Shown here piece by piece: positions 42,273 through 52,929 of a stretch of 64,000 nt of DNA (position 1 is its first letter; each line of letters begins with the position of its first letter). Both the position numbers and the translations under genes were made by a program. This DNA comes from Thiopseudomonas sp. (GTDB lineage Bacteria > Pseudomonadota > Gammaproteobacteria > Pseudomonadales > Pseudomonadaceae). The notes under the pieces are model-generated. The model was not told where the DNA came from. It ran no database searches and worked only from the letters and a program-made list of their open reading frames with translations. Location of the stretch: assembly GCA_018384595.1 (NCBI GenBank), contig JAHAYO010000009.1, positions 11,233 to 75,232 on the forward strand. Direction: 5' to 3'.

Positions 42273-42519
42273 GATTTTTCCTCCGCTGTGCCGACTGCCA
42301 GACAGCGGCAGCCGAAAATAAAGCAGGCATTCTAGCAAGCTTTACGCCACCACCGCCAAGGCAGCACGGTGGTCATCGGGATATTCTTCAATCCCCCTAC
42401 ACGCTGCAGCGATGACCGGTATGAACAAGCATCTGCACAATCCCTGCAGATGCTATATTTTGTCGTCTCTTTGCGTATAATGCCCCGCTTAATACAGACA
42501 ATTACCACAGGAGTGCACA

Positions 42520-43086
42520 ATGGCAACTCATGCAACCAACGAATTTCGCCCCGGCCTGCGTGTGCTGGTCGAAGGCGAGCCTTGCATCATGATTGATGTC
42601 GAATTTGTCAAACCGGGCAAAGGCCAAGCCTTTACCCGCGTCAAGATGCGCAACATCCGCACCGACCGTGTATGGGAGCGCACCTTCAAGTCCGGCGAAA
42701 CCCTAGAAAGCGCCGACATCCAAGAACGCGACATGGAATACCTCTACACCGACGGCGAGTTCTGGCACTTCATGGCCACCGACGACTCCTTTGAGCAGCT
42801 GGCTGCCGGTGAAGGCGCGCTGGGCGACACCAAAAAGTGGCTGAAAGAGCAAATCGTGTACACCGTTATGATGTTTAACGAGGCCGTGGTCAGCGTCACC
42901 GCACCCAACTTCATCGAGCTGGAGGTGACTGAAACCGACCCCGGTCTCAAGGGCGATACAGCCCAGGGCGGCTCCAAGCCGGCCACCCTCAGCACCGGTG
43001 CCGTGGTGCGTGTCCCGCTATTTATCGTTGAAGGCGAAAAGCTCAAAATCGATACCCGCAGCGGCGAGTACGTCAGCCGCGCCTGA
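42520..43086 (+). CDS. efp: Elongation factor P (Lys34 type)
   Basis: [29 protein letters not shown]. Confidence 0.97.
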   Translation: MATHATNEFRPGLRVLVEGEPCIMIDVEFVKPGKGQAFTRVKMRNIRTDRVWERTFKSGETLESADIQERDMEYLYTDGEFWHFMATDDSFEQLAAGEGALGDTKKWLKEQIVYTVMMFNEAVVSVTAPNFIELEVTETDPGLKGDTAQGGSKPATLSTGAVVRVPLFIVEGEKLKIDTRSGEYVSRA

Positions 43087-43214
43087 GTCTGCCACTGTCA
43101 TTGCGCGCAACGCCACGCAACCTGCACCATTCAACCTCATCCCTTGTCGCTGGGTGGTGCAGCCCGGCGGTATTGCGCACATCTAACGGCAGCACAGCCG
43201 TCACAGGAATACGT

Positions 43215-44150
43215 ATGAACCTGCCCTGGCAACCCAGCGCCAGCCGTGATCTGCTGCTGGCTCGGCAAACGCTGTACCAAGGCATTCGCCGCTTTTTTTT
43301 CGAGCGCCATGTACTGGAAGTGGAAACCCCGCTGCTGGGCCAAGCGCCGGTAGCCGATCCCAACATCACCCCCATGCAAGCCGACAGCAACCGCTGGCTG
43401 CACACCTCGCCCGAATACGCCATGAAGCGCCTGCTGTGCGCAGGCAGCGGCGATATTTACCAGATTTGTAAGGTCTTTCGGCAAGGCGAAGCCGGTAACC
43501 GCCATAACCCCGAATTTAGCATGCTGGAGTGGTACCGCGTGGGCTGGTCATTACGCCAGCTGATGGATGAAGTGGCACAGCTGCTGCAACAGGCACTGCA
43601 AAACCGCTACCCGCAGTTACCGGTGCTGTTTTTGAGTTATCGCCAAGCCATGCAGCAGTTTGCTGGGCTGGATGTAGCCACCTGCAACGACGAAACAATC
43701 GCCCAATTAGGCCGCCAGCTAGCCAATGCCGACCTGCAGCTGGAGCGCGATGGTTGGCTGGACGTGATTATGAGCCATCAGATCGAGCCAGCGTTGCCGC
43801 GTGATACGCTGGTGTTTATCGACAATTTTCCCGCCTCCCAAGCTGCGCTGGCTAAAATCACAGCACAGGCCGACGGTCACGCTTGGGCGCAGCGTTTTGA
43901 AGTGTTTTTCAACGGTATGGAACTGGCCAACGGCTACGACGAGCTGCTGGATGCCAATATCCAACGCCAGCGTTTTGAGCAGGAACTGGCCGGCACCGGC
44001 CGCCCCTGTGACCTGCTGCTGCTGTCTGCGCTTGAACATGGCCTACCCGACTGCTGCGGCGTTGCGCTGGGTCTGGACCGCCTACTGCTGCATACCACCG
44101 GCATGCGCAGCATCAAAGATGTGCTCAGCTTTGCCTGGGAGCGTGCTTAA
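43215..44150 (+). CDS. epmA: EF-P lysine ligase EpmA (GenX/PoxA)
   Basis: LHTSPEYAMKRLL, HNPEFSMLEWY, ELANGYDEL, GVALGLDRL. Confidence 0.95.
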   Translation: MNLPWQPSASRDLLLARQTLYQGIRRFFFERHVLEVETPLLGQAPVADPNITPMQADSNRWLHTSPEYAMKRLLCAGSGDIYQICKVFRQGEAGNRHNPEFSMLEWYRVGWSLRQLMDEVAQLLQQALQNRYPQLPVLFLSYRQAMQQFAGLDVATCNDETIAQLGRQLANADLQLERDGWLDVIMSHQIEPALPRDTLVFIDNFPASQAALAKITAQADGHAWAQRFEVFFNGMELANGYDELLDANIQRQRFEQELAGTGRPCDLLLLSALEHGLPDCCGVALGLDRLLLHTTGMRSIKDVLSFAWERA

Positions 44151-44156
44151 TCCAGC

Positions 44157-44768
44157 CTATTGCAGCTGCGCCTCAATCAGTGGCCACGCGGTGTCCAGCA
44201 GCTGTTGCTGCGCCGCTTCAGTGGGGTGAATGCCATCATTCTGGATCATGCCCGGCACACCACCGACGCCCTCCAGAAAGAAATCCACCAGCGCCACAGG
44301 CTGTTCTGCCGCCAGCTGCTGGTAAACCTGATAAAAGCCCTCGCTGTAGCGCGGGCCATAATTGGGCGGGATACGCATACCCAAGAGCAGCACGCGCGCG
44401 CCCTGTGCCTGCGCCTGGGCGATCATCGCTGCCAGATTGTCCTGCATGGCGGTCAACGATAACCCGCGCAAGCCGTCGTTGCCGCCCAGCTCGATAATCA
44501 CCAGCGCCGGCTGATGCTGCTCAAGTAGCGCAGGCAGACGGCTGCGCCCGCCGGCCGTGGTGTCGCCGCTTATGGAAGCATTGACAACCTGATAAGATAG
44601 CCCCTTTTCGTCCAGTCGTTGCTGCAACAGCGCCACCCAGCCCAGCCGGGTATCCAGTCCGTATGCAGCACTGATGCTGTCGCCCACCACCAGCAGAGCG
44701 TGTGCTTGGGCAACGGCCACTAGCATAAACAACAAGACGCCCGCCAACAGGCGTACACAATTTTTCAT
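44157..44768 (-). CDS. tesA: GDSL arylesterase/thioesterase TesA
   Basis: GDSISA, NASISGDTT, ELGGNDGLRG, DGIHP. Confidence 0.93.
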   Translation of the reverse strand: MKNCVRLLAGVLLFMLVAVAQAHALLVVGDSISAAYGLDTRLGWVALLQQRLDEKGLSYQVVNASISGDTTAGGRSRLPALLEQHQPALVIIELGGNDGLRGLSLTAMQDNLAAMIAQAQAQGARVLLLGMRIPPNYGPRYSEGFYQVYQQLAAEQPVALVDFFLEGVGGVPGMIQNDGIHPTEAAQQQLLDTAWPLIEAQLQ

Positions 44769-44778
44769 TGGAATCTCC

Positions 44779-45456
44779 ATGTCTGAACCTGTCTTACACG
44801 CCCAATCTCTTGGTAAAAGCGTTTTGGTCGCCGGCCAGCCGCTGACCATTTTGCACCCGCTGGACCTGTCATTGAAGACCGGTGACAGCTTGGCCATTAT
44901 CGGGCGCTCCGGCTCCGGCAAATCCACCCTGCTGGGGCTGCTGGCCGGTCTGGACCTACCCAGCAGCGGCGAGGTCACTTTGGCGGGCCACGGCCTCAAC
45001 AGCCTGAATGAAGACCAGCGCGCCAGCCTGCGCGCACAGCAAGTGGGCTTTGTATTTCAGTCGTTTCAGCTATTGGACAGCCTGAACGCCCTCGAAAACG
45101 TCATGCTACCGCTGGAGCTGAAAAACCGCAAAAACGCCCGCCAGCAAGCCATAGCACTGCTCACGCAGGTTGGGCTGGATCAGCGCATGCACCATTATCC
45201 GCGTCAGATGTCGGGCGGCGAGCAGCAACGGGTCGCCATTGCCCGCGCCTTTGCCGCCGAACCCAAAATCCTGTTTGCCGACGAACCCACCGGCAACCTC
45301 GACAGCCAGACCGGCGAACGCATCACCGATCTGCTATTTGATCTCAACTACCAACAGGGCACCACGCTGGTGCTGGTGACCCACGACGAGCGCTTGGCCG
45401 AACGCTGCGCCCGCCACATCCGGCTGGAAGCCGGTCACATCACGGAGCGCAGATGA
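44779..45456 (+). CDS. ABC transporter ATP-binding protein (YbbA-like)
   Basis: [27 protein letters not shown]; divergent from tesA. Confidence 0.92.
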   Translation: MSEPVLHAQSLGKSVLVAGQPLTILHPLDLSLKTGDSLAIIGRSGSGKSTLLGLLAGLDLPSSGEVTLAGHGLNSLNEDQRASLRAQQVGFVFQSFQLLDSLNALENVMLPLELKNRKNARQQAIALLTQVGLDQRMHHYPRQMSGGEQQRVAIARAFAAEPKILFADEPTGNLDSQTGERITDLLFDLNYQQGTTLVLVTHDERLAERCARHIRLEAGHITERR

Positions 45457-47954
45457 TGCGCCAGTGGTTTTTTCTGCTACGTCTGGCCCTGCACCAGAGC
45501 CTGCGCGAAATGCGCTCGCCCGAGCTGTACACCCTGTTTTTTGCCCTGCTCATAGCCGTGGGCAGCAGCAGTACCATTGCCCACTTTGCCGAGCGCCTGC
45601 ATTTGGCCATGCAACTGCGCGCCAGCGAGTTTTTAGCGGCGGATTTGGTCATCAGCGGTAGCATTGCCTCGACGCCAGAGCAAATCGCAGCCGGCAGCGC
45701 ACTCGGGCTGGACACCGCCCACACCGTCGAATTTACCAGCATGATCGGCAACGATGACAGCATGCAGCTGGCCAGCCTCAAGGCAGTAGATGACGCCTAT
45801 CCGCTGCGCGGTCAGCTTGGTTCTAGCATGGCACTGTACGGCGAGGTCATCACCGGTGGCCGCCCCGCAGCGGGTGAAATTTGGCTCGACGCCCAGCTGT
45901 TCGAGCTGCTGCATATCCAACCCGGTGATACGATCGAAGTCGGCTTTGCCGAGCTGCGCGCTACCCGCATTCTGACCGACGAGCCCGACCGTTCGGGTGG
46001 TTTTGCCGCCTTTACCCCCAGAGCGCTGTTCAATCTGGCTGATCTGGAAGCTACCCAAGCCATCCAACCGGGCAGCCGCGTGCACTACCGCCAGCTCTGG
46101 CGCGGCGACGAATCGGCACTGGCCGCGTATCGCCAATCGCTGGAGCAACAGCTGCAACCCCAACAAAAAATCGACAGCCTGTCCGAAGGCAATCCCGCGC
46201 TGCATGAGGCACTGGAGCGCGCTCGCCAGTATTTAGGGCTGGCCAGTTTGGCCGCCATCCTGCTGGCCAGCGTCAGCGTTGCCCTGTCCGCCGGCAATTT
46301 TGCCGCCAAACGCTACGACCACGCCGCCCTGCTGCGCTGTTTTGGCCTGTCACGCCGGCACACCTTGTTACTCTTTCTGCAGCAACTGGTACTGATCGGC
46401 CTGTGCGCTAGCCTGCTGGGCATTGCCCTGGGCTGGCTCGCACAGCAGCTGCTGTTTAGCCTGCTGGCCGACCTGCTGCCCGCGCACATTCCTGCCGCTG
46501 GCTGGAGCGCTGCCCTGACCGCCCTGCTCACCGGCATGGTCAGCCTGCTAGGTTTTGGCTTGCCGCCGCTAATCGGGTTGGGACAGATTCCGCCCCTGCG
46601 CGTGCTGCGCCGCAACCTACAGCCGGTGCCGATGGCGGCCTGGCTGGTTTACCTCTTGGCGTTGCTAGCGCTGGGCCTGCTGATGTGGCAGCTCAGCCTT
46701 GACCCACAACTCACCGCTACCCTACTGGCAGGCGGCCTGTTGGTTGGCCTGCTGCTGGGCGCTGTGGTGTATTTTGCTTACCGCACGCTGGCACACAGAC
46801 TGGCTGGCCGGCGCTTAGCTTGGCGGCTGGGGTTAGGTCATCTGCTGCAAAATCCTTTGCTCGCCGTCGGCCAGAGCCTGGCCTTTGCCCTGATTCTGTT
46901 TGCCATGGCCCTGATCGCCCTACTCCGCAGCGAACTGTTGGGTAACTGGCAGGCCCAGTTGCCACTGGAGGCCCCCAACCACTTTGCCTTCAACATCATG
47001 CCCCACGAGCAGCAGGCAGCCAGCAACTGGCTACACCAACACAGCCCCAACGTGGCCAATTTTTATCCGATGACACCCGGCCGCCTCACCCACATCAATG
47101 GCGAACCCGTGCTCGACCGTCTCGCCCCCGACTCCAAAGCCCTGCCCACCGTACAGCGCGACCTCAACCTGACGTGGAGTGACAACCTACCCGACGCCAA
47201 CGACCTCGCCGACGGTCTGTGGTGGGACGAACATGCCACCGACCCTGCTGTGCTGATCTCCATGGAACAAGAACTGGCCGATCGTTTGGGCGTGCTGCTT
47301 GGCGACGAAGTCAGCTTCAACATTGGCGGGCAGATCATCCACAGCCGCGTACACAACCTGCGCACGGTAGACTGGGGCAGCATGCAGCCCAACTTCTTTG
47401 TCATCTTTGCCCCACACAACCTGCCGGCCCTACCGCATAGCTTTATCACCAGCTTCTACCTACCGCCCACGCAGACAGCTGTACTGAGTGAATTTAGCCA
47501 GCAATTTCCGGCGGTCAGCCTTCTGCGTATTGACGCCATCCTTAACCAGCTGCGCAGCATCCTGCAGCAGGTGACCTTGGCCGTTGAATTTATCCTGCTG
47601 TTTGTACTGGCCGCTGGGCTGGCCGTACTGCTGGCTGGCGTCCAAAGCACCCTGGCCAGCCGCATCCATCAGGGTGCCCTTTTGCGCGCACTGGGCAGTG
47701 ACCGGCAGCTACTCAAAGCGATCAGCCGCTACGAGTTTGCCACGCTGGGCATCACCAGCGGCCTGCTGGCCTGGCTGGCCTGCGAGCTGAGTAGCCTGTT
47801 GCTCTATCGCTGGGTATTCAAACTGGAATGGCACCTGCACCCTTGGCTCGCCCTGCTGCCGCTGGCCGGTGCACTGCTGGTGCTGGCCGCCGGTCGCCTC
47901 GGCACCCGCAGCATACTGCGTAGCAGTCCGCTGCAGATTTTGCGTGGAAACTAG
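45453..47954 (+). CDS. ABC transporter permease (YbbP-like, FtsX-type)
   Basis: LAADL, YPLRG, PNHFAFNI, MQPNFFVIF; 833 aa. Confidence 0.9.
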   Translation: MMRQWFFLLRLALHQSLREMRSPELYTLFFALLIAVGSSSTIAHFAERLHLAMQLRASEFLAADLVISGSIASTPEQIAAGSALGLDTAHTVEFTSMIGNDDSMQLASLKAVDDAYPLRGQLGSSMALYGEVITGGRPAAGEIWLDAQLFELLHIQPGDTIEVGFAELRATRILTDEPDRSGGFAAFTPRALFNLADLEATQAIQPGSRVHYRQLWRGDESALAAYRQSLEQQLQPQQKIDSLSEGNPALHEALERARQYLGLASLAAILLASVSVALSAGNFAAKRYDHAALLRCFGLSRRHTLLLFLQQLVLIGLCASLLGIALGWLAQQLLFSLLADLLPAHIPAAGWSAALTALLTGMVSLLGFGLPPLIGLGQIPPLRVLRRNLQPVPMAAWLVYLLALLALGLLMWQLSLDPQLTATLLAGGLLVGLLLGAVVYFAYRTLAHRLAGRRLAWRLGLGHLLQNPLLAVGQSLAFALILFAMALIALLRSELLGNWQAQLPLEAPNHFAFNIMPHEQQAASNWLHQHSPNVANFYPMTPGRLTHINGEPVLDRLAPDSKALPTVQRDLNLTWSDNLPDANDLADGLWWDEHATDPAVLISMEQELADRLGVLLGDEVSFNIGGQIIHSRVHNLRTVDWGSMQPNFFVIFAPHNLPALPHSFITSFYLPPTQTAVLSEFSQQFPAVSLLRIDAILNQLRSILQQVTLAVEFILLFVLAAGLAVLLAGVQSTLASRIHQGALLRALGSDRQLLKAISRYEFATLGITSGLLAWLACELSSLLLYRWVFKLEWHLHPWLALLPLAGALLVLAAGRLGTRSILRSSPLQILRGN

Positions 47955-47957
47955 ACC

Positions 47958-48350
47958 ATGACCGACACACCCTGTCCCTGTTCACCCGATCGACTGCTGG
48001 CCAGCTGCTGCGGCCGCTATCACCAGGGTGAAAAAGCGCCCGGTGCCGTCGAGCTAATGCGCTCGCGCTATAGCGCCTTTGCGCTGGGCCTGATCGACTA
48101 CATCCGCGACACCACCCACCCCAGCCAGCAGGCCGACCTCGACATGGACCACATCGCCGCTTGGAGTCATAACAGCCGCTGGCTGGGGCTGACCCTTCAC
48201 GCCGACGCCCCACTCCAAGCTCGACCGCCGAGTCATAGCGTCGAGTTCACTGCCCTCTGGCAGGACACAGCGGGGCAATTACACCAACATCACGAAACCT
48301 CGCGCTTTGTCCGTTTTAAAGGCCGCTGGTATTTCATCCAGCCGCACTGA
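47958..48350 (+). CDS. YchJ family (SEC-C motif) protein
   Basis: CPCS...CC, LMRSRYSAF, HETSRF, GRWYF. Confidence 0.9.
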   Translation: MTDTPCPCSPDRLLASCCGRYHQGEKAPGAVELMRSRYSAFALGLIDYIRDTTHPSQQADLDMDHIAAWSHNSRWLGLTLHADAPLQARPPSHSVEFTALWQDTAGQLHQHHETSRFVRFKGRWYFIQPH

Positions 48351-48466
48351 CCACGCAGCGATAAAAGCCATTCATACAAAAGTTTGATCCAGCCACCCCG
48401 TTAGTCATGCTTTTGCGTCATAATCACGGCCTTGTCACGACGGCTGCCATGCCCTAAGGAGTTCAC

Positions 48467-49369
48467 ATGCAACTAAAAAACCTACTTGTGGTGATCGACC
48501 CCACCAGCAAAGACAAGCAACCCTCCCTGCAACGCGCCAGCCTAGTGGCCCAGCGTACCGGTGCTGCCGTTGAGCTGCTGATTTGCGACCATAACTCGGC
48601 GCTGGAAGACGGTTTTTTCACTGACCGTGCCGCCCAGCAGCGCGCCCGCACCGCCCTGCTTGCCGAACGCCTAGAGTGGCTGGAAGAGCTGGCCAAACCC
48701 CTGCGCGACGCAGGCATCACCGCCACCTGCAAAGTACGCTGGGGCAAGCCGCTGTATGACGAAATTGTTGCCCATGTAAGCGAAAGCAAGCCCGACCTCG
48801 TTTTCCGCAACGCCACCACCCACGGCACCCTGCAGCGCCTGCTGTTCAACAACACCAGCTGGCAGCTGATCCGCCGCTGCCCCGCCCCGCTGTGGCTGGT
48901 GCGTGATGGCGAATGGAAAGGCCAGAAAGCAGCTGTCGCCGTTGATCCGGTGCACGCCGCCGACAAGCCAGCCGCCCTTGACCACCGCTTGATCGAAGCC
49001 AGCCTGCAACTGCAACAAAGCGGCATGCAGACCGACTATGTACACAGCTACAACCCGCTGCCGAAAACGCTAGTACTGGAAGCCGAGTTGGTGCTGGCCT
49101 ACGACGACTACTTGGCCAGCGCCGAACAACGTCACCGCGAAGCCTTTGCCGAGCTGTTTGCCCAGTACCCAGTCAAACCCGACCAGCAACACCTGCTCAA
49201 GGGCGTGCCGGAAGAATCCATTCCGCGCTTCGTGGAAGACAACGGTGTTGATCTGCTGATTATGGGTGCTATCTCCCGTGGCAGCCTAGAAAACGCCCTG
49301 ATCGGCAACACCGCCGAGCGTGTACTGGAAAACTCCGACTGCGATTTGCTGGTCATCAAGCCGGCATAA
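48467..49369 (+). CDS. Tandem-domain universal stress protein (UspE-like)
   Basis: LLVVIDP, LIRRCPAPLWLV, AVDPVH, MGAISRG...IGNTAERVL. Confidence 0.92.
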   Translation: MQLKNLLVVIDPTSKDKQPSLQRASLVAQRTGAAVELLICDHNSALEDGFFTDRAAQQRARTALLAERLEWLEELAKPLRDAGITATCKVRWGKPLYDEIVAHVSESKPDLVFRNATTHGTLQRLLFNNTSWQLIRRCPAPLWLVRDGEWKGQKAAVAVDPVHAADKPAALDHRLIEASLQLQQSGMQTDYVHSYNPLPKTLVLEAELVLAYDDYLASAEQRHREAFAELFAQYPVKPDQQHLLKGVPEESIPRFVEDNGVDLLIMGAISRGSLENALIGNTAERVLENSDCDLLVIKPA

Positions 49370-49379
49370 TCCCTGCACT

Positions 49380-49407
49380 CCGGCCCTGCCTAGGCAGAGC
49401 CGGTTTT
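49380..49407 (+). terminator. Intrinsic terminator after the usp gene
   Basis: CCGGCCCTGCC-TA-GGCAGAGCCGG-TTTT. Confidence 0.6.
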
Positions 49408-49459
49408 CTCTGGCAGCGTTCGCTGCCTGCCCCGCGCCAATCCAACTGTTTAGCCCGCC

Positions 49460-50302
49460 ATGATCCTGCTTGCCTGTGCCATCGCCGCCAGTGTGGCCGT
49501 ATCCATTCTGCTTAAACTGGCCCGCCGTTTTCAGCTACAGATTGCCCAGTCGGTGCTGGTCAATTATGGGGTGGCCAGCGGCCTGACCCTCTACCTGCTC
49601 AAACCCGCACCCGCCGCCCTGTTACAGCTAGGCCCACACTGGCCACTGCTGGCGACCCTCGGCCTCTTGCTGCCTAGCGTCTTTCTGATCATGGCCGCTG
49701 CGGTAGACCGCGCCGGCATCGCGCGCAGCGACGCCGCCCAACGCCTGTCGCTGGTGTTGCCTCTACTGGCCGCCTTCATCTGGTTTGGCGAAAGCGCCGA
49801 CACCAGCAAACTGCTCGGCCTGGGCTTGGCCCTGCTCGCGCTCACCGGTCTGATTCACCGCGACGCCAGCCCCGAAGAACGCAAGGGCGGCTGGCTGTTG
49901 CTGCCCGCCGTCTGGCTCGGCTACGGCATCATCGACATCGGTTTCAAGCAGATGGCCAAAACCGGCAGCGGCTTTGCCGCCATCCTGCTGGCCTGCTTCG
50001 TGCTGTCCGGCCTGTTGTTGGCGGGCTGGCTGCTGCTGCGAAAAACCCGTTGGCACCTGCCCAGTCTGGCCGCAGGTGTGCTGCTGGGCGCACTCAACTT
50101 TGCCAATATCTACGCCTACATCCGTGCCCACCAAAGCCTGCCCGACAACCCTGCGCTGGTTTTTACCGCCATGAACATCGGCGTAATTGCACTGGGCAGC
50201 CTGACCGGCCTGCTACTGTTTCGCGAACGCCTGAGCCTCATCAACCTGGCCGGCTTGCTACTGGCCGGTGCCGCTATTCTGCTGTTGATGCCACCGTTGT
50301 AA
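49460..50302 (+). CDS. EamA/DMT-family transporter
   Basis: About 10 TM segments in two repeated halves. Confidence 0.82.
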   Translation: MILLACAIAASVAVSILLKLARRFQLQIAQSVLVNYGVASGLTLYLLKPAPAALLQLGPHWPLLATLGLLLPSVFLIMAAAVDRAGIARSDAAQRLSLVLPLLAAFIWFGESADTSKLLGLGLALLALTGLIHRDASPEERKGGWLLLPAVWLGYGIIDIGFKQMAKTGSGFAAILLACFVLSGLLLAGWLLLRKTRWHLPSLAAGVLLGALNFANIYAYIRAHQSLPDNPALVFTAMNIGVIALGSLTGLLLFRERLSLINLAGLLLAGAAILLLMPPL

Positions 50303-50313
50303 ACACACAGGCA

Positions 50314-50343
50314 CAAAAAAGGGCCGCAGCGGCGGCCCCTTTT
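50314..50343. terminator. Bidirectional terminator between the DMT and MCP genes
   Basis: AAAAAAGGGCCGC-AGCG-GCGGCCCCTTTT. Confidence 0.75.
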
Positions 50344-50356
50344 GGCAGTTACGCCA

Positions 50357-51955
50357 TTAGTGGGTTTTGAAGTGTGCCAATAGGCTGTTGAGCTGCTGCA
50401 TGTTTTCGCGGATCTCGCGGCTTACCGATACCGTTGCCTCGGCATCTTCGCTGGTCTGGCGGGCAATGTTCATGATGTTCACCACCGAGGCATCCATCTC
50501 CGCCGCTACATGACTCTGCTGCTCGGCGGCGGTAGCAATCTGGCTGCTCATATCGGTGATGCGACTTGCCGAGGTCACGATATGATCCAGCACCGAATCG
50601 GCCGCCGCCGTGCTGTCTACCGTTTCGCGGGCTTGATTGCGGCTCTGCTCCATCATCTCGGTCGAACGCAATGCCTGATTCTGCAGACGCTCCACAATTA
50701 CGCGGATTTCTTCGGTGGACGTTTGCGTGCGCTGTGCCAGCGTGCGCACTTCGTCAGCCACCACCGCAAAGCCACGGCCTTGCTCGCCAGCCCGCGCCGC
50801 CTCAATCGCCGCGTTCAGCGCCAGCAGGTTGGTTTGCTCGGCAATGCCACGGATAACCTGCATCACCTGCCCCACTTCATGGCTGTCTTCCTGCAGCTGC
50901 TGCATATCGCGCGCGCCCTGCTCCACCTGCTCCGCCAGCCGCGTAATGCTGGCAATGGTGTGGGTCACCACTGAACGGCCACTTTCGGCCTGACCACGGG
51001 CCTGACCGGCCAGCTCGTCGGTCAGTGCGGTATTCTTTGCCACTTCCTGCACGGTCGCCGCCATTTCGTTCATCGCGGTGGCCATCTGGTCCAGTTCCAT
51101 GTGCTGCGTCTGCACGCCACGGCTGGTCTGCTCCAGATGTTCCACGACAGTCGCCACCGCCTGCGTCACCTGTGCAGTGGCCTGACCCACCCTGCCAATC
51201 AACTGCCCTACCTGCTCCGTCATCTCGTTGTAAGCGGCATACATCTGGCCTATCTCGTTATCGGCCACATCAATCTGCAAACGGTCGGAAAAATCACCCT
51301 GCGCCACCCGCAGCAACGACTCGCGCAGCTGCTGAATTTTCATCATCAGCACCGTCATGCCGAACATCCGCCCCAGCGTCACCAGCAGCAAAATACTCAC
51401 CGTTGAACCAAAAGCCACCAGCAACTGCTTCTTGCCCTCGGCCTGCGCCACCGACTCCATCATCATCACCGCTGCGTTCATCTCCTTGAGCACCACCTGC
51501 GACTGACCATGAATGGCCGTCAGACTGTCGGTACTGCCTGTGTCCAGATACGCCATGATCGCCGCACGGTAGGCGATCCACAGCTGCTCTACCTGCTCCA
51601 GCTGTCGACGGATTTCCGGCACTGTCACCCGCTCGATACCCCGCTCTTTGTTGCCCTGCAGCAGCGACTTGTGCGCCGCCTCGAACACCGCCATGGTGCC
51701 CAACACCGTCTCACGCTTCTCCAGCCCCTGAGCGGTCAGCAACGCCTCCTTGGCAGTTTTCTGACTCAACATGCGCTGCGCGCCCGCCACGTTGATGCTG
51801 GTGGCATCATTGCTGAACGACAGCAGCAAATGCCCCGCCACCACTACCGTAAAAAATCCGATCAGGCAGTACGACAACAAAAACTGTTTGTCCACACTAC
51901 GCACACCCAGACCACGCAAGGTAGCCTGAATCACACCTGCAATAAACGCTCTCAC
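50357..51955 (-). CDS. MCP with PilJ/NarX-like sensor domain (McpN-like); GTG start likely, alternative ATG at 51988
   Basis: [13 protein letters not shown] box, HAMP, MCP signalling core. Confidence 0.9.
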   Translation of the reverse strand: MRAFIAGVIQATLRGLGVRSVDKQFLLSYCLIGFFTVVVAGHLLLSFSNDATSINVAGAQRMLSQKTAKEALLTAQGLEKRETVLGTMAVFEAAHKSLLQGNKERGIERVTVPEIRRQLEQVEQLWIAYRAAIMAYLDTGSTDSLTAIHGQSQVVLKEMNAAVMMMESVAQAEGKKQLLVAFGSTVSILLLVTLGRMFGMTVLMMKIQQLRESLLRVAQGDFSDRLQIDVADNEIGQMYAAYNEMTEQVGQLIGRVGQATAQVTQAVATVVEHLEQTSRGVQTQHMELDQMATAMNEMAATVQEVAKNTALTDELAGQARGQAESGRSVVTHTIASITRLAEQVEQGARDMQQLQEDSHEVGQVMQVIRGIAEQTNLLALNAAIEAARAGEQGRGFAVVADEVRTLAQRTQTSTEEIRVIVERLQNQALRSTEMMEQSRNQARETVDSTAAADSVLDHIVTSASRITDMSSQIATAAEQQSHVAAEMDASVVNIMNIARQTSEDAEATVSVSREIRENMQQLNSLLAHFKTH

Positions 51956-52243
51956 GCTCCATCCCTCCCCATCACGGGCCTGCTTCAATCATCCACCCTA
52001 CCCGGCACCGACACACTATCGCCCGCGTATGCTGGCATTATGCTCCATCACCGACAGAAAAGCCCTACACAGATCATTTTTTTGGCATACCGCCAAAAAA
52101 CTACGAAACTGCACCGGCGACAAGCAAAGCAAAGCAAAAAATACGCCAACCCTTGCGCATCCCAAAAAAACCGGCATGCTGCAGACGGCCGCCTTTCCCA
52201 CTAGAATGCCCACATCCGTAACTGTTGCCATAAGGACTTGTTA

Positions 52244-52732
52244 ATGACCCGCAAACTGCTCACCGCCGAAGGCTACGACCGCCTCAAGGCCGAGCTCGGC
52301 TACCTGCTGCGCGAACACCGTCCCGAAATCACCGCCATTGTCAGTTGGGCCGCCAGTCTCGGCGATCGCTCGGAGAACGCCGACTATCAATTTAACAAGA
52401 GAAAACTGCGCGAAATCGACCGCCGCATCCGCCACCTCACCAAACTGTTCGACGTAGCCGAGCGCATCGAATACAACCCCGTCCAACAAGGCAAAGTCTA
52501 CTTTGGTGCGTGGTGCGAGCTAGAAAACGACAACGGCGACAGCCTGCGTTTTCGCATTGTCGGCGACGAAGAAGTCTACGGTGCTAAGGACCATATCTCG
52601 CTCAAATCCCCCATGGCTCGCGCCTGCCTCGGCAAAAGCCTCGACGACGAGGTGGTGGTGCACACCCCCGAAGGCGAAAAGCACTGGTATATCACTGGTA
52701 TTACCTACCAAGCCCCTGCTAGCGCCGAATAA
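52244..52732 (+). CDS. greB: Transcription elongation factor GreB
   Basis: WAASLGDRSENADY, REIDRRIR, ISLKSPMARA. Confidence 0.95.
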   Translation: MTRKLLTAEGYDRLKAELGYLLREHRPEITAIVSWAASLGDRSENADYQFNKRKLREIDRRIRHLTKLFDVAERIEYNPVQQGKVYFGAWCELENDNGDSLRFRIVGDEEVYGAKDHISLKSPMARACLGKSLDDEVVVHTPEGEKHWYITGITYQAPASAE

Positions 52733-52929
52733 GTCGGCGTTTTCAGTCGCTGCCTGTCCAACGCGTACCGGCCACTGCTTTACTGTAAAGTCACGCCCTA
52801 CAACGGCATACCGTACGCATCGAAACATAGTTGCGCACCGCCCATAGCTCTTTTCAGCACCCGCGCACAATGGACCTACAAGGCATCTGCCTGATCTCAG
52901 TATCTGACGTAGATCTTAAAAGGATACCC

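Noticed and set aside
52733-52929. Second att site (duplicate of the tRNA-Leu 3' end) at the left island border
   Set aside because: No TGGTGCCCGG-like direct repeat is present; the short CGTACCGG match is in inverted orientation and likely chance.
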